A stretch of 64,000 bases of DNA from Diplonema japonicum (Eukaryota > Protista > Euglenozoa: Diplonemea): assembly GCA_964019335.1 (NCBI GenBank), contig OZ025686.1, forward strand, positions 516,318 through 580,317, read 5' to 3'. A model generated the notes under the pieces. It did not search any database and was not told the DNA's origin. It worked only from the letters and a program-made list of their open reading frames with translations. Numbering within the stretch: position 1 is the first letter of the stretch; each line of letters begins with the position of its first letter. Positions 34,560 through 45,979 of this stretch are shown here, piece by piece. Made by a program: the position numbers and the translations under genes.

Positions 34560-36264
34560 ATGAACTCCGTGGTGCTTGTGGCAGCGCTGACTGTGGGCGC
34601 AGAGATTTGCGACATGGTCCCCACGACCTTCCGTAGCAAGAACGAGACCTGTACCCAGCTCAGCGACTGCCTCAACAGCAACATCGGCGGTGTGAGGTTC
34701 CAGCCGTGGTGGCTGGACAACTTCCACAACATCAACTCTGGGCTGACATGCTACGATGGCTGGTGTACTGCGAGGAGAAAGAACGGCGAGAGGTGCACCT
34801 CCAACGACAATTGTGAGTCTTGGGTGTGCGCCATGAAGCCGGGCACAGCCCACAATGTCTGTTACGGCATTGACACTATCCCCTTAGGACACACTTGTCC
34901 CATTACCTTCGCCGACATAGCTTCCCATGACAGGAGGCACCACCTTTGCGAGGGTAATGCCTACTGCAGCCCTGTCAACCTGGAATCCACCGCTGCCAAC
35001 TCCCCCACCGTCTGCAGGGAGTGGGCCGGGGAGGGTGATGACTGCTACGTCATCTGGACCGAGGGCGCAGCCTCTGCCCCCGTCCGTCATACCTGCGACC
35101 CTGCATTTTCGGACCTCTACTGCCAGCCCACCAATGCAACATGGTCGCCTTCTGTGGTGAGCCCCACTCTCCTCAAAGACAGGATCAACGCAGGGAAGTG
35201 TATGACTGTCCCTGAGCACGAAGAACCGGGAACCTGCGCCACCATCCGTGGTACTGCCCAGAGGGCGCACTGCGAATATGACGAGTTCTGCCAGCGTCTG
35301 AACACCACTGACGCTGTCTGCCAGGAGAAGGCAGAAGAGAACGGCTTTTGCCACATTGACTTGGACTGCGAGTGGGGGCAGGCTTGCAACAGCAAGAACA
35401 GCCTCTGCATGGAGATCTACTACGGCACCGATACGACGACCACCCTGTACGACCGTACTATTTTCTGCGAGATCGGATACGAGCTTGACATCGCTACCTC
35501 CAGGTGCGTGAAGGACTCTTACGACAAGGACTGCAACACCGATGCTGACTGCAACCCTACCACCACGGCTCCCGACACCGTGATTGCCACGTTCTACCCC
35601 ACCACATGGACGAAGAGGCACATGTTCTGCAACAAGAAGGCGGGGTCTACTCTTAATAACAAGTGCCGTGACCACTTCGCGCCACGCGATGGGTGTGAGG
35701 ACGAGGCTAGGGAGCTCCTGAAGTTCGCCTCGCAGAGCATGAAGGAGGGGAGGGTGCTGCAAGTGGAGGCGTGTGCTGACAACGGGTGCTTCTCGATGCG
35801 AGGGACTTTCACGAAGATGGAGTGGTACGGCGAGAGGATCATGTGCTGCACACTAAGGCAGGAGAACTCAGACGTGTGCCTCTTCCACGACGGTGCCGTG
35901 TGGTCCTTCGGCAGGACCTCATGGTTGGGGATGGACAAGAGTGGACAGCAAGGCGACGTGTGTCCCCCTGAAGGGCTGTCCTCCGTCACTATCGCCGCTC
36001 TCATCGTTGTCTTCGGTGTCCTCTTCCTCGTCGTCCTCTTCGTGCTTGTGAAGGAGTTCACGTATGTCTTTATCACAGCAGTCACCCCACACAGATACGT
36101 CCCCCCCCCGAGTGATGACGATGAAGCCACCGAAGAGAAATCAGGGAAATCAGTCCCCTCCACTGCCCCCAACATGGTAGAAGAGGAGAACAAGGCACTG
36201 GTATGCAAGCACCTCTTTTCGTAAATCCATCCCACAGGGAAGCCCTAACGAGCCCAAGCCATAG
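34560..36264 (+). CDS. Cys-rich type I membrane protein; probable introns 36062-36094 and 36201-36237
   Basis: Signal peptide, many Cx4DC-type Cys repeats and TM segment IAALIVVFGVLFLVVLFVLV. Two GTATG..ACAG segments match the local intron consensus. Confidence 0.75.
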
Positions 36265-38075
36265 AGGGTTGCTCTTTTGGGTTGTCATTTAGTTTTTTCC
36301 TTTTCCCCTCTTCAATTTTAGCGCCTTTTTTTCGATTACAAAAATCGAAAGGAAAAGAAAAAATATCACCCTCCCCTTTCTTTTTGCCTCAGTGCTATTG
36401 CAAGAGGCACTTGATAGAAGAGGAAGAGGGGCTGGCAGGCTGAGAAGACGGCCTCCCTTTCCAGTCTTCGGCAGCTGAAGGGGGGTCCACGGTTTGCTAC
36501 TCACGGAGAGGCTTTCCTTATCGGCCCTGCCCGATCCCATGTGCCACAGGCCAATTGTCTTTATAGTCACTTCCGCTATTTTCCTTTGCCTCCCCCCCCC
36601 CCCCCCCCTACGTGATGTCCGAAGAAGCAATAAAACGATTATGTCCTGTTGTGGCTAGTAAAAAAACAATGATATGGGGGGGGGGGGGTGAAAGAAGATG
36701 GAAACATTGCCACATTTTCCCACGTCCCATTTTTTCTCTGTTCTGTGTGCTGTATATCCCTCCCCCTTTGTCCACACTCCGTTGTATTAAGAGAAGTTTT
36801 GATTTTTAAGATATAGAAAAAAAGGGTAAAATAAAGAAAACAAAAGGGGGAAGATTTTTTAAAGTGAAAAAAAGCCCCACCCGACGCGTGCCTCTATGCT
36901 GCTTGAAGAGCCTGCTTCATAAGCAGTTAGAGGATGAAAAAAAGAGAGAATGTAAAATTTGTAGCAGTGCTTCCATAAGACGGCGTAGAAGTCCTCCCTC
37001 CGCCCCTCCTCTTCCCCCCCAGCCCCTTTTTATGTGCTTTGTTTCTTTCTTTTTTTGAAGTTTATTTTCTTGTATTTTCCTCCCGTTGCTTGTTGCACTG
37101 GGGTGCCCATTCGGGAGCTCTTGTTTTTTTTTCCCTTTTTTTTTTCCGGACGGAAGTGACAAATATTGGGCCAGAGGGCGAGAGAAGAATGGAAAAGAAA
37201 AAGAGTTTTTTTTTTCTGGTTCTCTTTTTTCGTAAAACGGCCAAAAGGGAGGAAGGGCCAATGTAGAAATCGAGGGAAATAAAAAGACAAATCTCCTTTT
37301 TTTTTGTACGCTCAGTCCCTCCCCGCAGAGAAGGGAGGGCTTTCCCCCTTTTTTTTTTAAGGAGCGAAGAGAAAAAGGAAATAACTGTACTGTCTATCTG
37401 TCCCCCTGTTCTTCCGTATCACATTAAAAAAAAAAAAAAAAATAGCAATAGCTTTCAACCCTCTTGTTCCACCCTCATCCCCATTGCTCGTGTTATCTTA
37501 TTTTTTTCTGTTTTTTTTTACCCAATCTTTTTTCTACTTTTGATCACCCCCATGCATGCCGTACCAAGCAAGACACATTGCACATAACTTTGAAAGAAGA
37601 CAAAAATAAGAGAAAGGACCGTCTCCCCCCCCCCTTTTTTTCTTGTGTAATTAGTCCCAGCCACCATCCTTTCTCTTCTTAATCCCATAATAGCGTGCAT
37701 GGGTTACAAGAATGTTTCCCCCGCTTGGTAGGAGGGCAAAAAAAATGGCATGCAAATGTAAAGAAGTGTCATAATAAATATTAAAATAAATTATGAATGA
37801 TTGCACAAATCCTCCCCCCCCCCTTTTTTTGCCACTGGTAGAGGCGAGACAAGCGCTATCTAGGAGGCAGAGAACCCACCCAACCAGAAACCTCATTTCC
37901 CCCACCCTCCTTTTCACAAAAAAAAGATACTTGTTCGAACTTTGTTTTGTTTTATTTGCCTTTCTTTTTTTTTCTTCTTTTTCTTCTTTTCCTTCTTTTG
38001 TAATTCGATTCCAAAAAACAAAATGCAACGAAGATTAAAAAAAAACAAAAAGTACTTTGAAACACAGGCTACAAG

Positions 38076-40838
38076 ATGCCTTCTAGTGATCAGCAAGAGC
38101 TGCTTAGAAGCCTTAAACAAGCGGTCCGAAGTGTGCAGCAGGTAGCTCTAGACAATGAAGGTGCGGTGAAGGATTGCGAACAAGTTGAAACGCTCATTAA
38201 GCGTTTGGAGGATGCTCTATTGGACCGAGCGCATAGTAGCGTAGAAGTGTGGGACATGATTGGCGGTCCCATCTGCGAGAACGAAGAGTTTGCATGGGTG
38301 AGAAACAACGTGAATATGCTGAAGAGCAAGAGTGCTGGTGCCGACCGCAAGGTGCTTGGCCGCAGGTGGCTGCGCGACTCCCTCAACACAGCCACCCTGT
38401 CCGCCTTCTTGGCACTGATTGCTGAGCTCCCCGATACCGTCCTGGCTGCCTACTACAAGAAGGACGCCCTCCTAGCCGACATGGACACCTCGTCTCTCCT
38501 CCTCAACATCATCATCCCCATCGGCGGTGCCGACATCGATGCCCGCAGGGGTGTGGACGGTGCGTCCCTCATCCACCAGGCTGCCTTCATCAGATTCTCG
38601 CTGCAAATCATCTGCAGCAACGACGATGATATTGAGCGCAAGAGGTCCGAGTCCCTCCTCGTGGAGGGCATCATTAAGCAGGAAAAGCGACGTGTTAGGA
38701 AGGTTGTCAAATCCAAGAAAAGCGGCCTGCCGCAGATACAGGAAAAGGACAGAACGGAAAGCCCTGGACACCTGCCAGCGCGGGTGTCTCGAGAGCAGGA
38801 CGGGGAAGAGATAGAAGTGAAGACACCCCTGTTGCCAGAAGCCACGAGGCAACGAGAAGCCGCAGAAGTGAGTGAGGAAGAGGGAGAAATCGAGTCGAAA
38901 GTTGAAGTCGAGGTTGAAACTGTAGAAATTAAAACTGTGGAGGACGTAGACGCGTTGTCAGAGAGAGAGGAGAACGAAAAGAAAAAGGAGGGTGCAGAAA
39001 AGACGGCAGGTGAGCGAAGAGAGAGGGCTTCTTCGGTGTCTTCGCTGTCGTCTGCGTCGATCACGTCCGTCGACAAGGACAACGTTCGGAAGGAGCTGGA
39101 GGCGTGGCGACGCCAGCGAAACGAAAAAGCAGATGTGCCGTCGTTGTCATCGTCATCGTCATCGTCATCTTCGGAGACGAAAGAGCACTTCGATGTGCAG
39201 GACATGGACGAGGTCATTGCGAGCCTTGTGAAGTCCACAGAGACTGAGGACAGCGAGGATCCAAAAGACATCTCCGACCTGCGACACGTTGCGAACGTGG
39301 AAGCGGTGGTTGCTGCGAGGAACAAAATCGTCGCCAGCAGGTGCCACAGTGCTTCAGCATACGAGCGCTATCTGGAGTCGTATCACGCACGCCTTGTTGA
39401 GTGGGAGAAAGAGCTGCAGCAAAGTGCGGAAGGGATGCAGACAGACCGTTGCAGCACCCCGCCCCCTATGTCAGCGCAAGATAACAAGTTCACCCTGCGA
39501 CACAAGCAGTCTGCGATGATGGTCACCATCAAGTCCAACGCCCTTATCCTCAGCAATACAAGGCTCCCTTCTGTGTTCCGGATCGAGAAAGGTGCGCTGC
39601 TCCACGCCGGGACCAATAGGATCGTGGTTCCTGGCTTCTTCCAAGGCAGGGACCCTTGCCTGCAGGTGAAAAGCAAAGCCGTCGACCCTTGCGAGTGGGT
39701 CTACGACCCGGTCACGATGCACTTGAAGGAAACACGCTACTCCAACACCGCGGTGGTGATGCCCTACGACCAGACATGCAGTGATGGCGTGCAGCTGGTG
39801 TTGTCCGAGACAGACGAGGATGGCAGTGCTCTGGGGATGTTGTTAATCGAGCGCGTGGACCCCGAGAAGGGTCGCACGCCTACCGCAGTCACTGCGGAGG
39901 ACTCCGTTGACGCGAGGATCCTGCTGGACACGAGGAAAGTCGAGACGCCCCCTCCTACCCCGAACAGAAGCTTCTCGTGGGCCATACCTTCAGAAGATAG
40001 CGAGTCCTTTGAAAGACACAGAATGCGGCTTATCACAGAAGTGAAGGAGAAGCACATTGATTACGCAGAGAAGGAGCGCCGCATCGACACGCAGGGCAGG
40101 CGCTGCAAAGGCTGCTTGTCGGATTTGAAGAAAACGTACTCAGCGCTGTACTTCTCATGGCGGTACGACACGGTGCACTTCTGCTGGTACCTCGGGGCGT
40201 ATTACTGCTCGGGATGCCACGACAATAGTTTTTTCATGCCCATCCCTGCGCGACTGATCTATCAATGGGACTCGAAACCCAAACCTGTGTGCAGCGATGC
40301 TTACAACTATCTAAACAGTATTTGGGCACGGCCTATTGTGTGCATCAGTGCGCTGAATCCTCTGCTGTTTGAAAAAGTGACCGCGTTGAAGATGATTCGC
40401 GCTGTGCGTGTGCAGCTGAACATCCTGTACACTATTGTGCAGGATTGCTCGCTGTTTGCTGACTTCGTGAACTCGCATCCTTCCTTTATATCCAATGAAA
40501 CGCTCTACTACCTAGAGGGGTCCGAACTCTTTTCGGCTGAAGACATTCTCAGGGTGACCCAGACGCAACCGTACCTTGAGTACCCCACTCGGCTCTCTCC
40601 TCCGCTGCTGACCACCCTGGAAGGTCTGCGGAACAAAATGATTACTCATGTGGTGAACGACTGCCCTGACAAGTGCGGGACACAAGCTGCAAAAACCTGC
40701 GAATCCTGTGCCGAAGGTGGAGATGGAGTGCTTCCCATCTACGAATTCGAAACCGGCAAAGTGCAGACTTGCCCAAAATGTAGCCGTGTGTACCACAAAG
40801 CATGCTACCAAATGCAACCTTGCAAGTATTGTTTCTAG
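38076..40838 (+). CDS. RUN domain plus Rubicon-homology zinc domain protein (PLEKHM1/DEF8/Rubicon-like, putative Rab7 effector)
   Basis: N-terminal GRRWLRDSLN..L..YY...ALL (RUN). C-terminal QGRRCKGC..FCWYLGAYYCSGCH..IPARLIYQWD..PVC..H..C..C..C..C..CPKC..VYHKAC...CKYC. Confidence 0.8.
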   Translation: MPSSDQQELLRSLKQAVRSVQQVALDNEGAVKDCEQVETLIKRLEDALLDRAHSSVEVWDMIGGPICENEEFAWVRNNVNMLKSKSAGADRKVLGRRWLRDSLNTATLSAFLALIAELPDTVLAAYYKKDALLADMDTSSLLLNIIIPIGGADIDARRGVDGASLIHQAAFIRFSLQIICSNDDDIERKRSESLLVEGIIKQEKRRVRKVVKSKKSGLPQIQEKDRTESPGHLPARVSREQDGEEIEVKTPLLPEATRQREAAEVSEEEGEIESKVEVEVETVEIKTVEDVDALSEREENEKKKEGAEKTAGERRERASSVSSLSSASITSVDKDNVRKELEAWRRQRNEKADVPSLSSSSSSSSSETKEHFDVQDMDEVIASLVKSTETEDSEDPKDISDLRHVANVEAVVAARNKIVASRCHSASAYERYLESYHARLVEWEKELQQSAEGMQTDRCSTPPPMSAQDNKFTLRHKQSAMMVTIKSNALILSNTRLPSVFRIEKGALLHAGTNRIVVPGFFQGRDPCLQVKSKAVDPCEWVYDPVTMHLKETRYSNTAVVMPYDQTCSDGVQLVLSETDEDGSALGMLLIERVDPEKGRTPTAVTAEDSVDARILLDTRKVETPPPTPNRSFSWAIPSEDSESFERHRMRLITEVKEKHIDYAEKERRIDTQGRRCKGCLSDLKKTYSALYFSWRYDTVHFCWYLGAYYCSGCHDNSFFMPIPARLIYQWDSKPKPVCSDAYNYLNSIWARPIVCISALNPLLFEKVTALKMIRAVRVQLNILYTIVQDCSLFADFVNSHPSFISNETLYYLEGSELFSAEDILRVTQTQPYLEYPTRLSPPLLTTLEGLRNKMITHVVNDCPDKCGTQAAKTCESCAEGGDGVLPIYEFETGKVQTCPKCSRVYHKACYQMQPCKYCF

Positions 40839-41593
40839 CAATCTGTTTTTATTATTCTTTTAGAGAAAACCTCTGAATAGATGCTGTCCCCCCCAAACTT
40901 TATTTACTGCAAGCGGGGTTTGAAAGCCCACAGGCCTATGATTTTTCTTGTAATCCTCAATTTAATGTACTTTTAAGCCAAACCCAAAGTTAACACAGTG
41001 TGCCTCAGGGAAGGTTTTCAAAACAACGTAGTTTGACAGACAGGAAACAACTTTGAGACACAATTTGCTACGAGAGCCTGTGGATGGGACAAGCTGTGGA
41101 TATGAAGGAAAAAAAAAAAAAAAAAATCACCTCTTCAGTTGTTTTCTTTTATTTATATTATTTCTCCTACCAGTGTTCCCCTCCCCTTCTCCCTTCGGGA
41201 CCATTTTATGGCGTGTTGACAAAAGACAAAAACAGATAATTTAAGGGTCCTGGTGTCCTGAAGATCGCGTGTTCCCCCCCCCCTTTTTTTTTACTCGTTT
41301 AGCTATCTCATGTCTCATATATTTGATTCTCTTCGTTTTTTTTTCTCTTTCATATTTGCTGTATTGCTGAAGTCTTTTTCTCTCTCGATGAAGAAAGGGT
41401 CTGAGAGGGTGGGATGTTTTACACAATTCAAATAAATACCCCCCCCTTTTTTTAAAGAAAAATCAGTTTTTCCTTAGACAGCCTTTGACAAAAAAAAGGA
41501 ACAGTAATAGAAGGGTTTACAATTTGTTTTTTTTAATAGGTATTTTGCTCTTTCTTTCTGTTGTTCCCACTCTCCATTACACTTCCAGTAGAC

Positions 41594-42151
41594 ATGTCCC
41601 AGCACCCACCTGTATCCTGGGCTGAGAGGCCCGACTGTGTGCTGATCACAGTGTGTCTGCAGGACACGACAAATGTTAAGGTGCGTACGTTAGAGAAGTC
41701 ATTGGAGGTGAGCTGCACCTCGGACGAGAAGGACTACAAAGCTGTGCTGGAGCTAAAGGGGGAGGTGGTGCCAGAAGAGAGCAGCTACAACGCAAGGCCT
41801 CGACAGATCGAGATGAAACTAATTAAGAAAGAGCAAGGCCCCTACTGGGAAGGGTTGGTGTCCAAGAAAAACCCGCATGTGAAGGTAGACTGGTCCAGGT
41901 GGAAAGACGAAGACGAGGTCCAGGGCGACGACACAGGCGACTTTGGCCTTGGGGCAGGCATGCCCGGCATGGAAGGACTTGGCGACCTTGGTGGTTTGAA
42001 CCTTGGCGGTGGCGGTGATCCCGAAAAAATACAGCAAATGCTGGACTCCATGGGTTCCCAGGAGGAGGAGTCTCCTGCACCCATTACCGACGATGGTGAT
42101 GATGATGATGATGACGACGACATGCCGGCCTTGGAGAAGGTGGCTAAGTAG
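41594..42151 (+). CDS. Hsp90 co-chaperone p23 (CS domain)
   Basis: HPPVSWAER, PYW..L, KVDWSRWKDEDE, a Gly/Met-rich segment and an acidic tail ending DMPALE. Confidence 0.9.
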   Translation: MSQHPPVSWAERPDCVLITVCLQDTTNVKVRTLEKSLEVSCTSDEKDYKAVLELKGEVVPEESSYNARPRQIEMKLIKKEQGPYWEGLVSKKNPHVKVDWSRWKDEDEVQGDDTGDFGLGAGMPGMEGLGDLGGLNLGGGGDPEKIQQMLDSMGSQEEESPAPITDDGDDDDDDDDMPALEKVAK

Positions 42152-42668
42152 GCCAACCAATGACCTTTAAACAATGTATTCCTTTTTTATTCCCTGAAAA
42201 TATTTTTACTCAGAAGACACTGTTGACGGTAGTTTTTCTTCACCCGTTTTGCGCACAAACAAAAAAAAAAGATAAGAACTCGCTTTTTTTCTTTATTGGC
42301 TAAAAAAAAAAGAAAATAAAAAAAAAAAAAAAACGGGAAAAAAAAAAGAGGAAAAAGAAACAACACATTTTTGCAAAGGGAAAAAAGTATGATGATGGAT
42401 GCTATCCGTTTTTGAGATTAGAGGAGGAAACTATTGCAGTTTTTTAGATTTCCTTTTTTCTTCCCTCCTTCTCTCCGGATTGCAAGGAAGAAGAACCCGT
42501 CCTCATTAGCATGACGTTTTGTTTTTTGGGAATAAGAAATCAAAAGTACGGTCAAGAATTGGTCCCCCTTTTTTTCTTCTTGGTTTTTCTATCTTTAATG
42601 CTTGGTTAAGTAGTGTTTTCTTTCATGTAATGTATGATATCTATCTACCTCCTACAGCGCAGGATAAC

Positions 42669-45344
42669 ATGCCTAACCCGTTCGACGAAAAGCTTCTCAC
42701 CGATGTGAAGGTGCAGGACAAGACATGCAAGTTCTACGACCTCTCGAAGCTGAATGACGAGAGAGTGAAGAAGCTCCCCTACACCATCAGGGTTGTCCTA
42801 GAGACCTGCATCAGGAACTGCGATGGGTTCAAGGTGACAGAGGCTGACGTTAACAAGGTGCTTGACTGGAAAAACCAGCAGAAGAAGGCGGAGATCCCTT
42901 TCTGCCCCGCACGTGTGTTGATGCAGGACTTCACTGGTGTCCCTGCTGTCGTCGACCTTGCAGCCATGCGTGACAGCATGAAGGCCTCCGGTGGAGATCC
43001 CCTAAAGGTGAACCCCCTTGTCCCTGTTGACCTTGTGATTGACCACTCCGTGCAGGTGGACTACACTAGAACCGCCGACGCACTTGAGAAGAACGAGGCA
43101 AAGGAATTCGAGAGGAACCACGAGAGGTTTACCTTCTTGAAGTGGGGGTCGAAGGCCTTCAATGGGCTTACCGTGGTCCCCCCTGGTAACGGCATTGTGC
43201 ACCAAGTGAACCTTGAGTACCTCGCGCGTGTTGTTTTCAACGAGAGCAGTCTGCTGTACTCTGACTCAGTGGTCGGCACTGACTCGCACACCACTATGAT
43301 CAACGGCTTGGGTGTGCTCGGCTGGGGTGTTGGTGGTATCGAGGCCGAGGCAGGCATGCTCGGACAGCCCTCTTCAATGGTGCTCCCCACCGTTGTGGGA
43401 TACAAACTCACCGGGAAGCTTGCCGAGGGGATGACCGCAACAGATTTGGTCCTCACCATCGTCGCCAACCTCAGGAAGCACGGTGTTGTTGGTAAGTTCG
43501 TCGAGTTTTATGGTGAGGGGCTCAGCTCCCTTTCTATTGCCGACCGTGCCACAATCGCCAACATGGCCCCGGAGTACGGTGCCACATGCGGCTTCTTCCC
43601 TGTTGACGAGCAAACGCTTGCGTACCTCGAGGTGACAGGCAGGTCCAACGAGCACATCTCCCGCGTTAGGGAGTACTGCACGGCACAGGGTATGATGAAC
43701 GACGCAACTAAGGACACGGGTATCGAGTACCCTGCCGACGAGATGCTTGAGCTGAACATCTCCACCATCGTACCTTGCGTGTCCGGTCCCAAGAGGCCCC
43801 ACGACAGGGTTGTGTGCAGCGAACTCAAGGAGGACTTCGCTAAGTGCATGGCCTCCCCGTCGGGCTTCAAGGGCTTCGGTGTTCCGGAAGACAAGAAGGA
43901 CGCGTGCGGCAAGCTCGAGTTCAACGGTGAGACTTTCGACATCACGCACGGCGGCGTCGTGATCGCAGCAATCACATCCTGCACAAACACATCCAACCCC
44001 AACGTGCTTGTGGCCGCCGGGCTTGTGGCCAAGAAGGCTAACGAGCTTGGTTTGACTGTCAAGCCCTACATCAAGACCTCCTTGTCCCCCGGATCGCAGG
44101 TGGTCAAGGAATACCTCACCTCCTCCGGGCTGCTTGAAGAGCTCAACAAGCAAGGTTTTACGACGGCCGGGTACGGGTGCATGACTTGCATTGGTAACTC
44201 TGGTGAGCTGTACGACGGCGTGGGTCAAGCCTTCAAGAACAGCGGTGCAGTGATGACCTCTGTGCTCTCCGGGAACAGGAACTTTGAGGCCAGGGTGCAC
44301 CCTGACACCGCGGGCAACTACCTTGCCTCCCCTCCCTTGGTGGTTGCTTACGCCCTTGCAGGCACCATGAACATCAATATCGAGACCGACGTCATCGGTA
44401 TTGACAAGAACGGAAAGAATGTGTACCTGAAGGACGTCTGGCCTTCGCACGAGGAGATCGAGGAGGTGTGCAAGAAGCACGTGACCGCTGAGACCTTCAA
44501 GTCGGTGTATTCCAAGTTGCAAGAGGGCACTAAGAGGTGGGCTGACCTTGCTGCCCCCACCGACCCTGTTCAGTACCCTTGGGACCCCAAGTCCACCTAC
44601 ATCCACGAGCCCCCCTACTTCAAGGGCGGTTCGGAGGGAGGTTCTGGCGACGTTAAGAAGGCGCATGTCCTGCTGTACCTCGGGGACTCTGTGACCACTG
44701 ACCACATCTCGCCCGCTGGCAACATCGCCAAGACGTCTGCTGCTGCCAAGTATCTGGCCGAGAACGGCGTGCCCCAGGCAGAGTACAACTCGTACGGGTC
44801 GAGGAGAGGCAATGATCTTGTGATGGCGAGGGGGACCTTTGCCAACACGAGGCTGTCCAACAAGCTTGTGTCCAAGGCAGGCAACACCGGCCCCGTGACC
44901 GTGCACATCCCTTCGGGTGAGCAGATGTCCGTCTTCGATGCATCTGCGAAGTACCAGCAGGATGGTGTACCGCTCATTGTGATTGCGGGTAAGGAGTACG
45001 GTTCGGGGTCGTCGAGGGACTGGGCCGCAAAGGGGCCGAAGCTGCTTGGCATCAAAGCTGTCATCGCCGAGACTTACGAGAGGATCCACAGGTCCAACCT
45101 TGTGGGCATGGGCATCGTCCCGCTTTCTTTCAAGGCAGGAGACTCTGCTGAGAGTCTTGGCATCGCAGGCGACGAGACCTTCGACATTACCCTCCCCACC
45201 GACCTGATCCCCGGCATGGACATCGCTGTCTCTTCTTCCGCAGGGAAGTCCTTCACCGCCATTCTTAGGTTCGACACCCCTGCCGAGGTGGTCTACTACA
45301 AGAACGGTGGCATCCTCCAGTACGTGCTTAAGGGCATGAAGTGA
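42669..45344 (+). CDS. ACO1: Aconitate hydratase, AcnA/IRP1 type
   Basis: [79 protein letters not shown] and [12 protein letters not shown]. Confidence 0.97.
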   Translation: MPNPFDEKLLTDVKVQDKTCKFYDLSKLNDERVKKLPYTIRVVLETCIRNCDGFKVTEADVNKVLDWKNQQKKAEIPFCPARVLMQDFTGVPAVVDLAAMRDSMKASGGDPLKVNPLVPVDLVIDHSVQVDYTRTADALEKNEAKEFERNHERFTFLKWGSKAFNGLTVVPPGNGIVHQVNLEYLARVVFNESSLLYSDSVVGTDSHTTMINGLGVLGWGVGGIEAEAGMLGQPSSMVLPTVVGYKLTGKLAEGMTATDLVLTIVANLRKHGVVGKFVEFYGEGLSSLSIADRATIANMAPEYGATCGFFPVDEQTLAYLEVTGRSNEHISRVREYCTAQGMMNDATKDTGIEYPADEMLELNISTIVPCVSGPKRPHDRVVCSELKEDFAKCMASPSGFKGFGVPEDKKDACGKLEFNGETFDITHGGVVIAAITSCTNTSNPNVLVAAGLVAKKANELGLTVKPYIKTSLSPGSQVVKEYLTSSGLLEELNKQGFTTAGYGCMTCIGNSGELYDGVGQAFKNSGAVMTSVLSGNRNFEARVHPDTAGNYLASPPLVVAYALAGTMNINIETDVIGIDKNGKNVYLKDVWPSHEEIEEVCKKHVTAETFKSVYSKLQEGTKRWADLAAPTDPVQYPWDPKSTYIHEPPYFKGGSEGGSGDVKKAHVLLYLGDSVTTDHISPAGNIAKTSAAAKYLAENGVPQAEYNSYGSRRGNDLVMARGTFANTRLSNKLVSKAGNTGPVTVHIPSGEQMSVFDASAKYQQDGVPLIVIAGKEYGSGSSRDWAAKGPKLLGIKAVIAETYERIHRSNLVGMGIVPLSFKAGDSAESLGIAGDETFDITLPTDLIPGMDIAVSSSAGKSFTAILRFDTPAEVVYYKNGGILQYVLKGMK

Positions 45345-45979
45345 AAGTGTTAGTACGCGTTGTTGATTTTTTTTGTTTTTGTTTTGAAACGAAAGGGAAA
45401 AAAAGAGATGAGATTTCCATTCCTTTTTTTTCTGGGACTTCGAAAAGTTCTCTTCTTTTTTTTTATTCTCCTCGCATGTGTTTTGTTTGTGTTGCTCTAC
45501 TCACTTTTCTCCCCCCCCCCCCTTAAACCCCACCCACCTGCCCAACTTTCTGTTACATTTAGCTTTGTTTCCGAAGGAGTTTTAAAATTTTGCAGAAGCC
45601 GGGTCCTGCAGCAATCCTGTGCTGAAGGCGTCTTCCTTTTACCTTGAAGTGAAGTGGCTGCTACGTTGGTGCACGTGTGAAGGAGCAGTTGCAAAAGCTT
45701 CTTTGCTGCGCCTCATTTAGCTCTTTCTTCCTTCTGCTAAATTTGCCCTCCTTTTGAATACTTTTCTTTCCAAGAAGCCTACACGTTGTCTTTTTATTTT
45801 CTTTTGCCCCCCCCCCCCTTTCCCTTTTTCATACTTTGATTCTCCTGAGAGCAGGATCCTTTGGGGTCTTGTTTCTCTATTATATAATTCCCCCACCCTG
45901 CCCCCACGACCACCATTCCCTCAATTGTTTTTTCTCATTTTTCAAAACCATTCAAAACCACAGTTGCAAACGAGTTAAA

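Noticed and set aside
42519-42668. N-terminal extension of aconitase as a targeting peptide
   Set aside because: T-rich sequence that looks like an acceptor region; similarity to the family begins at MPNPF.
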